Shown: positions 28,547 to 40,426, numbered from the stretch's first letter. The stretch is DNA of 64,000 nt from an uncultured Treponema sp. (GCA_947166355.1 CAMVDX010000012.1:3585-67584), one strand, 5' to 3'. A program made the numbers and translations. The notes: a model not told the origin generated them from the letters alone.

Positions 28547-30530
28547 ACTTTTTAAGCAATTTAGCCAAATTCTTAGCTGTGAAGCCTAAATATTCCGCAA
28601 CCTTGTTAGCTGGACCTGATGTACCGAATGTGTCGATGCAGAAGCAGTTCTCTTTTGAAGTGAACTGGAGCCATTCCATAGAAATGCCGGCTTCTGTACA
28701 AACAACGCGCTTTGTTTCACCAATGATAGCGTCCTGCTTAGCCTTTGTAAGACCTTCGAACTTCTTCAAATCTGGAACAGATACAACGCGGATCTTCTTC
28801 TCTGGAACCATTTCTGCAGCCTGGAGAGCCATATTAACTTCAGAACCACTTGCAAGAATTGTGATATCAGGCTTGTCTGCACCGTTCTTTACGATGTAAG
28901 CACCGCAGCTTGCCATGTTCTTCTTCCAAGACTTGTCGTCCTTTGCATAAACAGGAAGTGCCTGGCGTGTGAATGCCATACAAACAGGATGATCTTTTGA
29001 TGCGTAAGCAATCTTCCATGCTTCCATAGATTCTTCAGGATCACCTGGGCGGATAGCCTGAACACCAGGAATAGCGCGGAGCGAAGTCATAGTTTCAATT
29101 GGCTGATGAGTTGGACCATCTTCACCTACGTAGATTGAGTCGTGTGTGAATACGTAGATTACAGGCTGCTTCATCAAAGAAACAACGCGGAGAGATGGAC
29201 GGAGGTAATCTGCGAATACAAGGAATGTAGCACAGAATGGGCGGAGACCACCGTGCAATGAAATACCTGCACAAACAGCAGACATTGCAAACTCGCGGAT
29301 ACCATATTCGATTGTACGGCCAGCACGGTTAGTTGGGCTGAAGGTTCCGTTATCAGTTGCCTTGAATGCAGTCTTGTTTGGTCCCATAAGGTCTGCAGAA
29401 CCACCAACAAGGTTAGCATAGCGGGCAGCAATTACATTCAAAGCCTTTCCAGAAGCATCACGAGTAGCACAAGCATCGCCTACTTTGTAAGTAACATCTT
29501 TTACAGTCTCGTCTGTTACAGCGTCACTGTGGTAAGCATCCCAAAGCTTCTTGAGTTCAGGATTTTCTTTTGCCCATGCAGCAAAATCAGCATTCCAGTC
29601 TGCCTCAGCCTTAGCAAATGCAGCCTTCTTGTCTTCAAAATATTTCTTAGCTTCTGGTACAACATAGAAGTCCTGATCAACAGGAAGACCAAGCTTTTTC
29701 TTTGCAGCGATGATTCCTTCAGCACCAAGTGGAGCACCGTGAACATCAGCAGTTCCCTGCTTTGGAGCACCCTTACCAATTACAGACTTGAGCATAATCA
29801 AAGTTGGCTGATCCTTGCACTTCTTAGCTTCTTTTACGAGCTCTACAATGCCTTCAACATCATACATGCTTCCCTTAAGAACCTGCCAGCCATATGCCTT
29901 ATAGCGGGCTGCAATATTATCAGTGAAAGTAATATCAGTATTACCATCAATAGAAATCTTATTCTGATCGTAGAAAACGATTAACTTACCGAGCTTAAGA
30001 TTTCCTGCAAGAGATGAAGCCTCAGAAGCAACACCTTCCTGAAGACAGCCTTCTCCTACGAGAGAGTATGTGTAGTGATCTACAATCTTGTGAGCCTTTG
30101 TATTGAACTTTGCAGCGAGCATCTGTTCAGCAATAGCCATACCAACAGCCATTGAAACGCCCTGTCCGAGTGGACCACCAGTACATTCAACACCATCAGT
30201 TTCACCATACTCTGGGTGACCTGGACACTTAGAACCAACCTGACGGAAGTTCTTAATATCGTCCAGGCTTACTTTGTATCCAGCCAGGTGGAGAATAGAA
30301 TAAAGAAGCATAGAACCATGACCTGCTGAAAGTACAAAACGGTCTCTGTCTGCCCATTTTGAGTTTGCAGGATTGTGCTTCATTACTTCACCATACAATA
30401 CTGCGGCAGCTTCTGCTGCTCCAAGTGGAAGGCCTGGGTGACCAGAATTTGCCTTCTGAATTGCGTCCATTGACAAGCTGCGGATTGAAAGTGCAACTGC
30501 CTCAACACCTTTCTTGTTCATAATAATCAT
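28545..30530 (-). CDS. tkt: Transketolase
   Basis: SGHPG, LSAGHGSMLLY and VGEDGPTHQP motifs. Confidence 0.96.
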   Translation of the reverse strand: MIIMNKKGVEAVALSIRSLSMDAIQKANSGHPGLPLGAAEAAAVLYGEVMKHNPANSKWADRDRFVLSAGHGSMLLYSILHLAGYKVSLDDIKNFRQVGSKCPGHPEYGETDGVECTGGPLGQGVSMAVGMAIAEQMLAAKFNTKAHKIVDHYTYSLVGEGCLQEGVASEASSLAGNLKLGKLIVFYDQNKISIDGNTDITFTDNIAARYKAYGWQVLKGSMYDVEGIVELVKEAKKCKDQPTLIMLKSVIGKGAPKQGTADVHGAPLGAEGIIAAKKKLGLPVDQDFYVVPEAKKYFEDKKAAFAKAEADWNADFAAWAKENPELKKLWDAYHSDAVTDETVKDVTYKVGDACATRDASGKALNVIAARYANLVGGSADLMGPNKTAFKATDNGTFSPTNRAGRTIEYGIREFAMSAVCAGISLHGGLRPFCATFLVFADYLRPSLRVVSLMKQPVIYVFTHDSIYVGEDGPTHQPIETMTSLRAIPGVQAIRPGDPEESMEAWKIAYASKDHPVCMAFTRQALPVYAKDDKSWKKNMASCGAYIVKNGADKPDITILASGSEVNMALQAAEMVPEKKIRVVSVPDLKKFEGLTKAKQDAIIGETKRVVCTEAGISMEWLQFTSKENCFCIDTFGTSGPANKVAEYLGFTAKNLAKLLKK

Positions 30531-30555
30531 ACTCCTAATATATAATAATCTAAAA

Positions 30556-31026
30556 TTATGCCAGTTCTTTAATTATAGCAGCCAATGCTTCTTCATCTGC
30601 ACGAGCCTCAAGAGCCTTTTTGAATTTTGCATCCCGGAACAAAGCTGCAAGCGAAGAAAGAACCTTAAGATGAATCTGCGAATTATGAGCAAGCAGAACG
30701 AACATTACAAAAACCTCGCGCTCATCAGGTGCCTTCATATCGATAGGATTTTTAAGATATACAACACAAATACGCTGTTCAGAGGCATCTCTCATAATTG
30801 GCGCACGTGCGTGTGGAAGTGCGATTCCATTTCCTACTGCTGTACTCAAAACAGCTTCACGATCACACAAAGCATTGTAAACCTGATCAGAAGTCATTCC
30901 ATCTGGTAAATCTATCATCTTACAAACCTTAGAATAAATTTCCTGAGGTGTACTTCCTTCAACGTTCTTAAAAACTCCGCCCCTGTGAATCAGCTGTGCC
31001 AAATCAACTTCTAATTCTCCATCCAT
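30556..31026 (-). CDS. PTS EIIA (Ntr/Fru family)
   Basis: REAVLSTAVGNGIALPHA; start at 31026 (GAGGAG SD). Confidence 0.88.
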   Translation of the reverse strand: MDGELEVDLAQLIHRGGVFKNVEGSTPQEIYSKVCKMIDLPDGMTSDQVYNALCDREAVLSTAVGNGIALPHARAPIMRDASEQRICVVYLKNPIDMKAPDEREVFVMFVLLAHNSQIHLKVLSSLAALFRDAKFKKALEARADEEALAAIIKELA

Positions 31027-31088
31027 AGTTTTATTCTCCTCGTATATGGGAATGCACAATAAGTTTGCTGCCCAGTGCCATTCCCAGC

Positions 31089-32561
31089 TTAATTTACTAT
31101 TTCAAAACCCTTAAATCGATTACATTCCAAAGCAGAATAAAGAGTTACGCTTATATCATCAAAAGCCTCTTCAAGTCCGTCCAGCGAAAGCGAAACTGCT
31201 TCTTCTGGAAAATGCGGCCGCATATAAACATTTTCAACTTCTTCCAAAAGGCGTACAAGCTGTCTGTAAATCTGCGAAAGAATAACCAGCTCCTGCTGCG
31301 GAAAAGTATTCGCATCAATTCCCGATCCTCCGATTTCACAGAATAATTCACTCACCCTTGTAAAGAGCGAAAGAATTCTTTTACGCATGCGTGCAATCGA
31401 ATAATCAGAAAACTGATTATACATCTTTTGAAGTATATCATTACGCTTTTCTATATTCAATAATACAAGCCGTCGCTCCGAAGGTGAAATCATTGCCATG
31501 TTAGGAAAGATTTTTTTAACGACCTCATCAAAACCTTCTGAATCATTTGTTCTGCCACAGTTTTTATCATAAATTCTGTCTTCAAGAATTGCATCAATTA
31601 CCTGAGGAGTCAGAGTAAGCGCCATGTCAGTAAGCAGCATTCCGCGTTCAACTCCGCGTCCGTTCCATTTACCGATATACGGAACAGATTCTCCCTTACG
31701 CCAGATTCGTGATTCCAAACCGTATGGCTCAAAAGCAATTTTTGTAGTATGTGCAAGGAACTCTTCTACAGAACCACAGTTACGTATAAAAAGTTGATTT
31801 TGATGCTCCAGAAATAATAATGAAAGCTGCTCCTCAATAGAAGATACAGGACCATATCTGTCAAAACTATCGAGAAGTCCATTTTCAAAATGAGTGTACC
31901 ATTCTTCCCGCTGAAGTGCAGCATCAGAAATTACAAGCTCAGAAAGTACATTCTGCTGCGCTCTCATTTCTACAACACCATCATACCAGTTCCTAACACG
32001 ACAAAGAATTCTGTCGCCATATTTAAACGGGACTCCGTGTGTAATTTTATCCAGCGGCCAGCAGGTAAGAGTTATTTCCTGTGGAATGGAATACTGAACT
32101 GAACTCAGGTCAAAAGATTTATTGTTTTTATCATTATAAATATATGAAAGAATATAACCTTCTCCGAACAAGGAAAAAGTATCCAATGCGAGATTCATTG
32201 AGAACTCAGCCGATGTACTTTCCACAAACTCATCTTCTGCTATAACAGTAATGTTGTCTGGTAAGATTTCAGAATTTACAAACGGAATACATCGGTGCCC
32301 AATAATCACATAACCTTTTTCTATTTCTTCTCGACTTGGTTTAAAACTGAACCAGCGGTTTGTAAATATACCCGCCTTTGTTTCGAACATATTATCTGTG
32401 CGTGAAAAAACATATTCAGAAAACTCAAGGATTTCCAAAGCATCTCGCTTCGAAACTTTTGCACCATGTGACTTAAGATATTTATAAAAATCAGCTGAAG
32501 TAAAAGCGGCAAGTTGAGTGGTCAAATATTTTTCAATAATATCATTAGTTTTAAAATCCAC
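31089..32561 (-). CDS. Hypothetical protein
   Basis: 490-aa ORF with no motif I recognise. Confidence 0.7.
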   Translation of the reverse strand: MDFKTNDIIEKYLTTQLAAFTSADFYKYLKSHGAKVSKRDALEILEFSEYVFSRTDNMFETKAGIFTNRWFSFKPSREEIEKGYVIIGHRCIPFVNSEILPDNITVIAEDEFVESTSAEFSMNLALDTFSLFGEGYILSYIYNDKNNKSFDLSSVQYSIPQEITLTCWPLDKITHGVPFKYGDRILCRVRNWYDGVVEMRAQQNVLSELVISDAALQREEWYTHFENGLLDSFDRYGPVSSIEEQLSLLFLEHQNQLFIRNCGSVEEFLAHTTKIAFEPYGLESRIWRKGESVPYIGKWNGRGVERGMLLTDMALTLTPQVIDAILEDRIYDKNCGRTNDSEGFDEVVKKIFPNMAMISPSERRLVLLNIEKRNDILQKMYNQFSDYSIARMRKRILSLFTRVSELFCEIGGSGIDANTFPQQELVILSQIYRQLVRLLEEVENVYMRPHFPEEAVSLSLDGLEEAFDDISVTLYSALECNRFKGFEIVN

Positions 32562-32625
32562 ATTCCTATTTTAATCTAAATCAACGAAACTGTAAATTAG
32601 CTCAGAATAAAAGGCTTGCGTGCTT

Positions 32626-32840
32626 CAGGGATTCCGCATTATAAAACGAATTTGAGAAAACATGGCTTCCGGTCGCGGCTTCGTGGTACAAAACCGCGCA
32701 ATAATGCGCTACACGCTTTTTGTGGTATAGAAACTATTACACCTGCCGCTTACGCGGCAGCCACAAAAAGAGTGTTTTTGTACCACGCCCCGCTCCCTCA
32801 CGCCAAAATTACGTAAATCTTTTATAATGCGGAAGCCCTG
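32626..32840. mobile_element. ~215-nt multibranched inverted-repeat element (MITE or structured RNA)
   Basis: 21-nt terminal inverted repeat (20/21), nested internal stems, partial second copy at 46941-47053. Confidence 0.65.
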
Positions 32841-32957
32841 TCATTGCGATGAGAAAATGCGACGTGGGAATCTCCCGCCTGCGTCATTGCGAGGAGCCCG
32901 TAAGGGCGACGTGGCAATCTATTGTTGTAGATTGCTTCGGCTTTGCCTCGCAATGAC
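32840..32957. repeat. Family A palindrome cluster (3 units)
   Basis: GTCATTGCG...AATC twice and GATTGC...CTCGCAATGAC. Confidence 0.85.
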
Positions 32958-32982
32958 AAATCATTTTTGATATACTGATTAT

Positions 32983-33918
32983 ATGAAACTAACATTTTTA
33001 GGAACCGGCACAAGTCATGGAGTACCAGTCATAGCCTGTGACTGCGCAGTTTGTAAATCAAAGGATCCTCACAACAAACGAACCCGCAGTTCTGTTTATA
33101 TAGAAGTCTCTGATAATTCTCAAGCCTTGCAGACAGAACAAACAGAAGAACAACAAACAAATCCATCTTCAAAATATATTCTTATAGACATAGGTCCTGA
33201 CTTTCATGAACAGGCAATCCGCGAAAACATCCGCGCCTTAGACGCCCTTCTGCTCACACACAGCCATGCAGACCATATTTTTGGAATCGACGACCTCCGA
33301 AGTTTTTCAAGCGTAATGTCTCAAAAACCCGAAAATCCCCAGAATGAAAAATACAATAAACCGCCAATCCCAATCTACACAAATCACACAGCTGCTGAAC
33401 ACTTAAAACACAGTTTCAGTTATCTTTTCAGCGAGCATGCAGAAGGTGGCGGTCATGCAAAAATTGATCTGCATGAAGTTAAAGCTGACACAACTCTCAA
33501 AATCGGCAATGCAACAATTACCCCAATTCCGCTCTCTCACGGCTCACTGGAAGCAACCGGCTGGCTTCTTACAGAAAATCAAAAATCAATTGCCTACCTC
33601 ACCGATTGTAATTATATAAGTGACGAATCAATAGAACTTATTCACAAAAACTGTAAAACCGCAGGCTGCTCTTGCCTTACTCATCTTATAATAGACGGGC
33701 TTCGACTAAAGGAACACCCCACACATTTCAACTTTCTCCAGGCTTTAGAAGCCGCCGGAAAAATCGGTGGTGAACACATCTGGCTTACCCATCTTACACA
33801 TAATTCTTCGCATGATGAAATTATTGCTTACATTGAAGAACACCGTGCCGAGTTTCCGGGACTCATCGCCTCAAAAACTATACTTCCCGCCTACGACGGC
33901 CTTGCTATAGAGACCTAA
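32983..33918 (+). CDS. MBL-fold metallohydrolase (PhnP/YycJ-like)
   Basis: LGTGTSHGVP..C.C..C, THSHADH, YLTD and HPTH motifs. Confidence 0.88.
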   Translation: MKLTFLGTGTSHGVPVIACDCAVCKSKDPHNKRTRSSVYIEVSDNSQALQTEQTEEQQTNPSSKYILIDIGPDFHEQAIRENIRALDALLLTHSHADHIFGIDDLRSFSSVMSQKPENPQNEKYNKPPIPIYTNHTAAEHLKHSFSYLFSEHAEGGGHAKIDLHEVKADTTLKIGNATITPIPLSHGSLEATGWLLTENQKSIAYLTDCNYISDESIELIHKNCKTAGCSCLTHLIIDGLRLKEHPTHFNFLQALEAAGKIGGEHIWLTHLTHNSSHDEIIAYIEEHRAEFPGLIASKTILPAYDGLAIET

Positions 33919-33991
33919 CTGTCGAGTAACTGGCAACTAACAGTAAACTATCCGCCCCATCTAAAAACAGACAGCACCGGCAGTGTTAAAA

Positions 33992-34086
33992 CAGTCATTC
34001 CCAGACCAGGTCTAAGTCTGTTATCCTCCGGCTCACAATGACAAATCAGCCGCCTTTGCGAAAAGCCGAAGGCAACAAAGTAATCC
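33992..34086. repeat. Degenerate family A/B palindromes
   Basis: GTCATTCCCAGAC..., CTCACAATGAC, GCCTTTGCGA...GTAATCC. Confidence 0.45.
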
Positions 34087-34089
34087 CGT

Positions 34090-34129
34090 TAAAATAAATA
34101 ACCCCGCTGGCATTTCCAACGGGGCTTTT
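34090..34129 (-). terminator. rpmB terminator
   Basis: On the minus strand GCCCCGTTGG-loop-CCAGCGGGGT followed by a T-rich run. Confidence 0.7.
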
Positions 34130-34148
34130 ACAAGGCTTAAAACAGTAC

Positions 34149-34379
34149 TTAGTTCTGAGCAGCTGCTTCAGTTGTCTTTGGAACTCTTACCTTCTTCTGA
34201 ACGAAACCGCTGCTAAGACAGCTTGAACAAACCTTAATAGTTCTTACAGTTCCGTTAGGAAGAACAGCCTTAATGCTATGAAGATTTGGTCTCCAAGTTC
34301 TGCGAGTATGGTTATAAGACTTACTTACTTTATTACCAGACATAACACCTTTTCCGCAAACATCACACATTCTAGACAT
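34149..34379 (-). CDS. rpmB: 50S ribosomal protein L28 (Zn-binding type)
   Basis: MSRMCDVCGK...TRRTWRPNL...KVCSSC. Confidence 0.95.
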   Translation of the reverse strand: MSRMCDVCGKGVMSGNKVSKSYNHTRRTWRPNLHSIKAVLPNGTVRTIKVCSSCLSSGFVQKKVRVPKTTEAAAQN

Positions 34380-34437
34380 TTTCTTTATCCTTCCTTATAT
34401 AAAACAGTTTTCCCACGCAAATTACAATAGTTTAGAA

Positions 34438-34466
34438 AGAATATACAAATTCCTAAAAAAAGTCAA
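34438..34466 (-). promoter_or_regulatory. Sigma70 promoter for rpmB
   Basis: TTGACT-17-TATTCT on the minus strand. Confidence 0.55.
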
Positions 34467-34651
34467 TTATCAACCATCGAATTCACCTTCAAATTCTCAA
34501 ATTTTTTATACCTCCCTCATCCAGACTCCACAGCCCCAATCATCCTTGTATCTCCAGATTTCTTTATCTGTACATAAAAAGCCCGTGATACCGAAAATGC
34601 CGACAGTACCACGGGGCAAAAAAAAGTTTACAAAAAGGAAGACTTCTTTTT

Positions 34652-36229
34652 TTACTTGCGCTTCAAATACTTAACACTATCAAGGGCAACTGCCGCGATA
34701 ATGATAAATCCCTTAAATACAAACTGGAGATTTGTATCAATTCCAAGGAAGGTAAGACAGTAGGTAAGACCTGTAAAAATGATTACACCAAGCACCGCAC
34801 CGCGAATCTTACCAATACCACCGTTAAATGAGATTCCTCCTACAACACAAGCCGCAATTGCATCAAGCTCAAAGCCCTGTCCTGTTCCCGCACTCGCATT
34901 TGCTCGGAAGGCTTCCAGAAAGGCACCGCATCCATAGAAAATACCTGCCATAATAAAGATTCCCATTGTTACGGCAAATACGTTAATGCCGCTTACTGCT
35001 GCCGCTTCTGCGTTTCCGCCGACTGCGTACATATTCTTTCCGAAGGTTGTTTTATTCCAGATAAACCACGCAACAAAAATCGCAATCACCGCAGGAATAA
35101 TCAGTTTAGGGAAGGTAATCAAATCTCCATTCAGATAGAAAAGCTCCCAGCGTCCACCAATCAAATCCTTAATTCCAGGATCAATAGAACCAACCGGAGT
35201 TCCGCTTGTTCCAAAGAACAAAAGTCCGTAAATAATCAGCTGAGCAGAAAGTGTAGAAATAAATGGATGAATCTTAAACTTAGCACTGAAGAAGCCCGAG
35301 AAGCAGCTGAACATAACACAAAGTGCAATTGAAAGGAAGAGCGCCATTGCAAGGCGGCCTCCCATAGGAATTCCTGTAAAATCCCATGGCTCCATTCCAA
35401 AGAAGGAAACGATGTTCTTTGTAGGGTGAAGAATCAGACCTGTAGTAACCGAACCGAGGGCAACCATTCGGCAGACGCTGAGGTCGGTACCCGCAATAAG
35501 AATAAGTCCCGCAACACCAAGGGCATAGAACATACGTGTAGAAGACTGCTCAAGAATCGTAAGAATGTTAGGCAAAGATAACAGCTGACCGTTTCCGGAA
35601 AGTGGTGCAATAATTACACAGATGATAAAGAAAATCAAAATTGCAATATAGAGACCGTTTTCAAGCATGAACTTTGACATCTGAAAATTATTGATGTAAT
35701 TTTTATAGTTCATGGTCATGTTTTCTTTGAAGTTTGTTTTTCCGTCGCGAAGGGTCCGGTTAAACATTACATGATCAATATATGCCTGATTCTTTGCACT
35801 TCTGTATCTTGCAATTTCTGCAAGATACTTATTCTTTGCATCAAAGAGTGCAGACTTTCCTTCATACTTTGCAATATTGATTTCTTCTTTTGAAGTAAGG
35901 CGGGAAATTCTTTCTTTTGTTTCTCCCTTTATGCCGCCGACTTTTTTTGCATAATCAGCCTTACATTTTTCCTCGAGCGCAGACTGCTCTTCGTTTACCT
36001 GTTTTATATAAGCCGACGCAACAATATTTGCATAAGCTACAGCCTTTACAGAAAGTTCCGCAGCTTCTCTTTTATTTCCTGCCTTACGAAGCTCTTCCAG
36101 CTGCTGACTGTATTTCTGAAGCACCAGATCCTTTTCCAGAGGCTTTACGCTTTTTGCCGCAATATCCTTTTCTAACTGTTTGAGGCTTTCTGCCTGCATT
36201 ACTTCTATTTCTTCATAAAAATCTGCCAT
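34652..36229 (-). CDS. mglC: Galactoside ABC permease with long soluble N-terminal extension
   Basis: GTDLS, GKNMYAVGGN and ELDAIAACVVGG motifs. Confidence 0.9.
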   Translation of the reverse strand: MADFYEEIEVMQAESLKQLEKDIAAKSVKPLEKDLVLQKYSQQLEELRKAGNKREAAELSVKAVAYANIVASAYIKQVNEEQSALEEKCKADYAKKVGGIKGETKERISRLTSKEEINIAKYEGKSALFDAKNKYLAEIARYRSAKNQAYIDHVMFNRTLRDGKTNFKENMTMNYKNYINNFQMSKFMLENGLYIAILIFFIICVIIAPLSGNGQLLSLPNILTILEQSSTRMFYALGVAGLILIAGTDLSVCRMVALGSVTTGLILHPTKNIVSFFGMEPWDFTGIPMGGRLAMALFLSIALCVMFSCFSGFFSAKFKIHPFISTLSAQLIIYGLLFFGTSGTPVGSIDPGIKDLIGGRWELFYLNGDLITFPKLIIPAVIAIFVAWFIWNKTTFGKNMYAVGGNAEAAAVSGINVFAVTMGIFIMAGIFYGCGAFLEAFRANASAGTGQGFELDAIAACVVGGISFNGGIGKIRGAVLGVIIFTGLTYCLTFLGIDTNLQFVFKGFIIIAAVALDSVKYLKRK

Positions 36230-36242
36230 ATTATATCCCCTG

Positions 36243-37748
36243 TTATAAGTATTTAGCAGAAAGACGCAAAAGCTCTTCCTGATTTGTTTCTTTTGTATTT
36301 ACGATTCCTGCCAGCCTGTGATTAGACATAACGGCAATGCGGTTTGTTATACCAAGAATTTCAGGCATTTCGCTTGAAACTACGATAATCGTTTTTCCTT
36401 CCTTTGCCATTTTGATAATCAGCTGGTAGATTTCGTATTTTGCACCAACATCAATACCGCGGGTCGGTTCATCCATAAGGAAAACGTCAGGTTTTCTTTC
36501 CAGCCATTTTCCAATGATAACCTTCTGCTGATTTCCGCCGGAAAGTGCCGAAATGTTTTCTTCTATTGAAGTGCACTTTGTATGCATCAGCTTTACTTCG
36601 CGGTTTGCGGCTTCTGCCATTTTGCGCTCAGAAAGAATACCGTAGGTTTTATAATTGGTAAGATTTGTAATTACCGTATTAAACTTGATTGTATCCTTGC
36701 CGAACATTCCGTTTAATTTACGTTCCTCCGTAACAAGGGCAAAGTTATAAGCCATTGCATCCTTACTGCTCTGGAATCTGAGTGATTTTCCATTCAGAAC
36801 AATTTCACCCGAAGCAATTGTCCGCACTCCAAAGAGTGATTCCAGCAGCTCACTACGGCCAGCCCCTACGAGTCCGTAAAGTCCGAAGATTTCTCCCTTC
36901 TTTACAGAGAAAGAAATATCTTCCAGAACCGGCTCATATTTTGTTGTCAGATTTTTAACTTCAAGATATATATCACCCGGAGTATTATCAACATCCGGGA
37001 AGCGCTTATCCAGCGAACGTCCAACCATCGCAGAGATAAGCTCATTCATATTCGTTTCTTTTATTGCCTTTGTTAAAACCATGTTTCCGTCGCGGAGGAC
37101 CGAAACTTCATCACAGATTTCAAAGACTTCATCCATCTTGTGTGAAATGTAAACAAAGGAAACTCCCTTGCTTCTCAAATCACTTACAATCGAAAACAAT
37201 TTTTTAATTTCATTTTCCGTAAGGGAAGAAGTAGGCTCATCAAGAACAATCAGCTTTGCATCATAAGAAACTGCCTTTGCAATTTCTACCATCTGTCTCT
37301 GGGAAACAGACATTGTTCTCATAACTGCCTTACAGTTGATGTTCATATTGAGCGAAGAAAAAAGCTTGTTAGCCTCCCGCTCCATTTTTGCTTCATCAAT
37401 AACTCCAAACTTTTTAGGATATCTTCCAAGAAAAAGATTGTCGGTAACAGTACGGTCAAGACACTGGTTCAATTCCTGGTGAACCATAGCAATACCGCTT
37501 TCGAGAGCTTCCTTCGGGCTCTTAAAATCAATTGGTTTTCCGAGTAAAGAAATCTGTCCTTCATCCTTTGCATAAATTCCAAAGAGGCACTTCATCATTG
37601 TTGATTTGCCCGCACCGTTCTCTCCCATAAGTCCCATTACTGAGCCTTTTTTTACGGAAAGATTAATTCCGTTAAGAACAGTATTCTTTGCAAATGATTT
37701 AGAAAGATTTTTTATTTCAAGCACTGTATCATTCATATCAATTTCCAT
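36243..37748 (-). CDS. mglA: Galactoside ABC ATPase (CUT2, tandem NBD)
   Basis: GENGAGKST, LSGGNQQK and DEPTRGIDVGAK motifs. Confidence 0.94.
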   Translation of the reverse strand: MEIDMNDTVLEIKNLSKSFAKNTVLNGINLSVKKGSVMGLMGENGAGKSTMMKCLFGIYAKDEGQISLLGKPIDFKSPKEALESGIAMVHQELNQCLDRTVTDNLFLGRYPKKFGVIDEAKMEREANKLFSSLNMNINCKAVMRTMSVSQRQMVEIAKAVSYDAKLIVLDEPTSSLTENEIKKLFSIVSDLRSKGVSFVYISHKMDEVFEICDEVSVLRDGNMVLTKAIKETNMNELISAMVGRSLDKRFPDVDNTPGDIYLEVKNLTTKYEPVLEDISFSVKKGEIFGLYGLVGAGRSELLESLFGVRTIASGEIVLNGKSLRFQSSKDAMAYNFALVTEERKLNGMFGKDTIKFNTVITNLTNYKTYGILSERKMAEAANREVKLMHTKCTSIEENISALSGGNQQKVIIGKWLERKPDVFLMDEPTRGIDVGAKYEIYQLIIKMAKEGKTIIVVSSEMPEILGITNRIAVMSNHRLAGIVNTKETNQEELLRLSAKYL

Positions 37749-37752
37749 CCAT

Positions 37753-37872
37753 CGTCATTGCGAGACTCCCTGCCCCGCCTGCGAAGCAATCCATACAATA
37801 GATTGCCACGTCGTCCTGACGGACTCCTCGCAATGACGGAGGAACGGGTGTCGTTACACAACTCGTAATGAC
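37753..37872. repeat. Family A palindrome pair plus partial end duplication, between mglB and mglA
   Basis: CGTCATTGCGAG...GCAATC / GATTGCC...CTCGCAATGAC / CTCGTAATGAC. Confidence 0.85.
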
Positions 37873-37879
37873 ATGTTAC

Positions 37880-37914
37880 AAAAAAGGGGTGCCTGATTTT
37901 TATGAGACACCCCC
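37880..37914 (-). terminator. Intrinsic terminator/attenuator after mglB
   Basis: On the minus strand GGGGTGTCTCA-loop-TCAGGCACCCC-T6. Confidence 0.7.
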
Positions 37915-37940
37915 AAAGCCTGAATCCTCAGGCGAGTTTT

Positions 37941-39217
<1,277 letters not shown>

Positions 39218-39379
39218 ACTTTTTTTGCATAAATTCAGTAAAATTCCGTATTTTTTAACAAAATATTTGCTTTTTCCAGAAAGTTCTGTTATCGTATAGC
39301 GTGTACGAACACGCACGGCAGTTATTTCGCCCTTGTTGCGAAATTTAACGGATGTTGAAACCGACTCCCGTGTGATAGA

Positions 39380-40411
39380 ATGGATTACAATATGACATTA
39401 GTAGAAATAGCAGAATATGCCCATGTTTCGATTGGAACCGTAGACAGAGTGATTCATAATCGAAAGGGTGTATCAGAAAAAACAAAGAAACTTATTCAGT
39501 CGATTATTGACGAATACGGCTACCAGCCGAATCCTATAGCACGGCAGCTTAAAAGCAATAAGCCGTTTGTGATAGGCGTGCTTCTACCTACACTTGAAAG
39601 CGGTTGTGGTTATTACCGTGCGCTTTACGAAGGAATGCAGCAGGGCGTTGAACAGCTTAAACCCCTCAGTGTTGAATTAAAGCTTGTTTCCTTTGACCGT
39701 ATGATTGGCGGAGATGCCGTAGAAAAAAGCCGCATTTTTTTTAATTCTGACAATGGACAGATTGACGCGCTGATTACAACGCCTGTTGCACCGGATGAAC
39801 ATATGGAAATCATTTCCATGCTAGGCGACAAGCCCTTTGCTTTTATTGATACTCCGCTCGGAACAACTCAGCCTCTGCTTACTATTGCTCAGAATCCTTA
39901 CAAGGGCGGTTACTGTGCCGGAAGAATTATGAGAATGTTCCAGGGCAGCGGAAAGTTTGCCTGCATCAGAATGTATCCGTCGGGCTATAACCTCAGGGAA
40001 AGAATCAGGGGCTTTACAGATTTTATTCAGAGAGATGGAAACTCAACCGTACTCAGCGAGCTTTATACTAATTTTTCTGATTCCGGCTTTTACAGCTTTA
40101 TGAAGGATTTATTTGAAAAGCATAATGATATAAAAGGTATTTTCGTGCCTCATGCCGAAGTAAACTTTATGTCATATTTCATCGCAGACCAGGGCTTAAA
40201 AAGCCGCGTTACAGTAATCGGTTATGACCTGGTTGAACAGAATAAAGCAGGGCTCCTCGACGGAACAATAGACTGCATTATCGGTCAGAGACCGGAGCAG
40301 CAGGGCTCAGAAGCAGTTCATAAGCTTTATGAATCTGTGATACTACAGCAGGAAGTTCCGTCGCGCATAGACATGCCGATTGATATTTACTTTAAGGAAA
40401 ACATAATTTAG
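39380..40411 (+). CDS. LacI-family repressor (probable galactose regulator)
   Basis: TLVEIAEYAHVSIGTVDRVIHNR HTH and YQPN; start may be 39392. Confidence 0.9.
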   Translation: MDYNMTLVEIAEYAHVSIGTVDRVIHNRKGVSEKTKKLIQSIIDEYGYQPNPIARQLKSNKPFVIGVLLPTLESGCGYYRALYEGMQQGVEQLKPLSVELKLVSFDRMIGGDAVEKSRIFFNSDNGQIDALITTPVAPDEHMEIISMLGDKPFAFIDTPLGTTQPLLTIAQNPYKGGYCAGRIMRMFQGSGKFACIRMYPSGYNLRERIRGFTDFIQRDGNSTVLSELYTNFSDSGFYSFMKDLFEKHNDIKGIFVPHAEVNFMSYFIADQGLKSRVTVIGYDLVEQNKAGLLDGTIDCIIGQRPEQQGSEAVHKLYESVILQQEVPSRIDMPIDIYFKENII

Positions 40412-40426
40412 AAAACCGTCCAGAAG

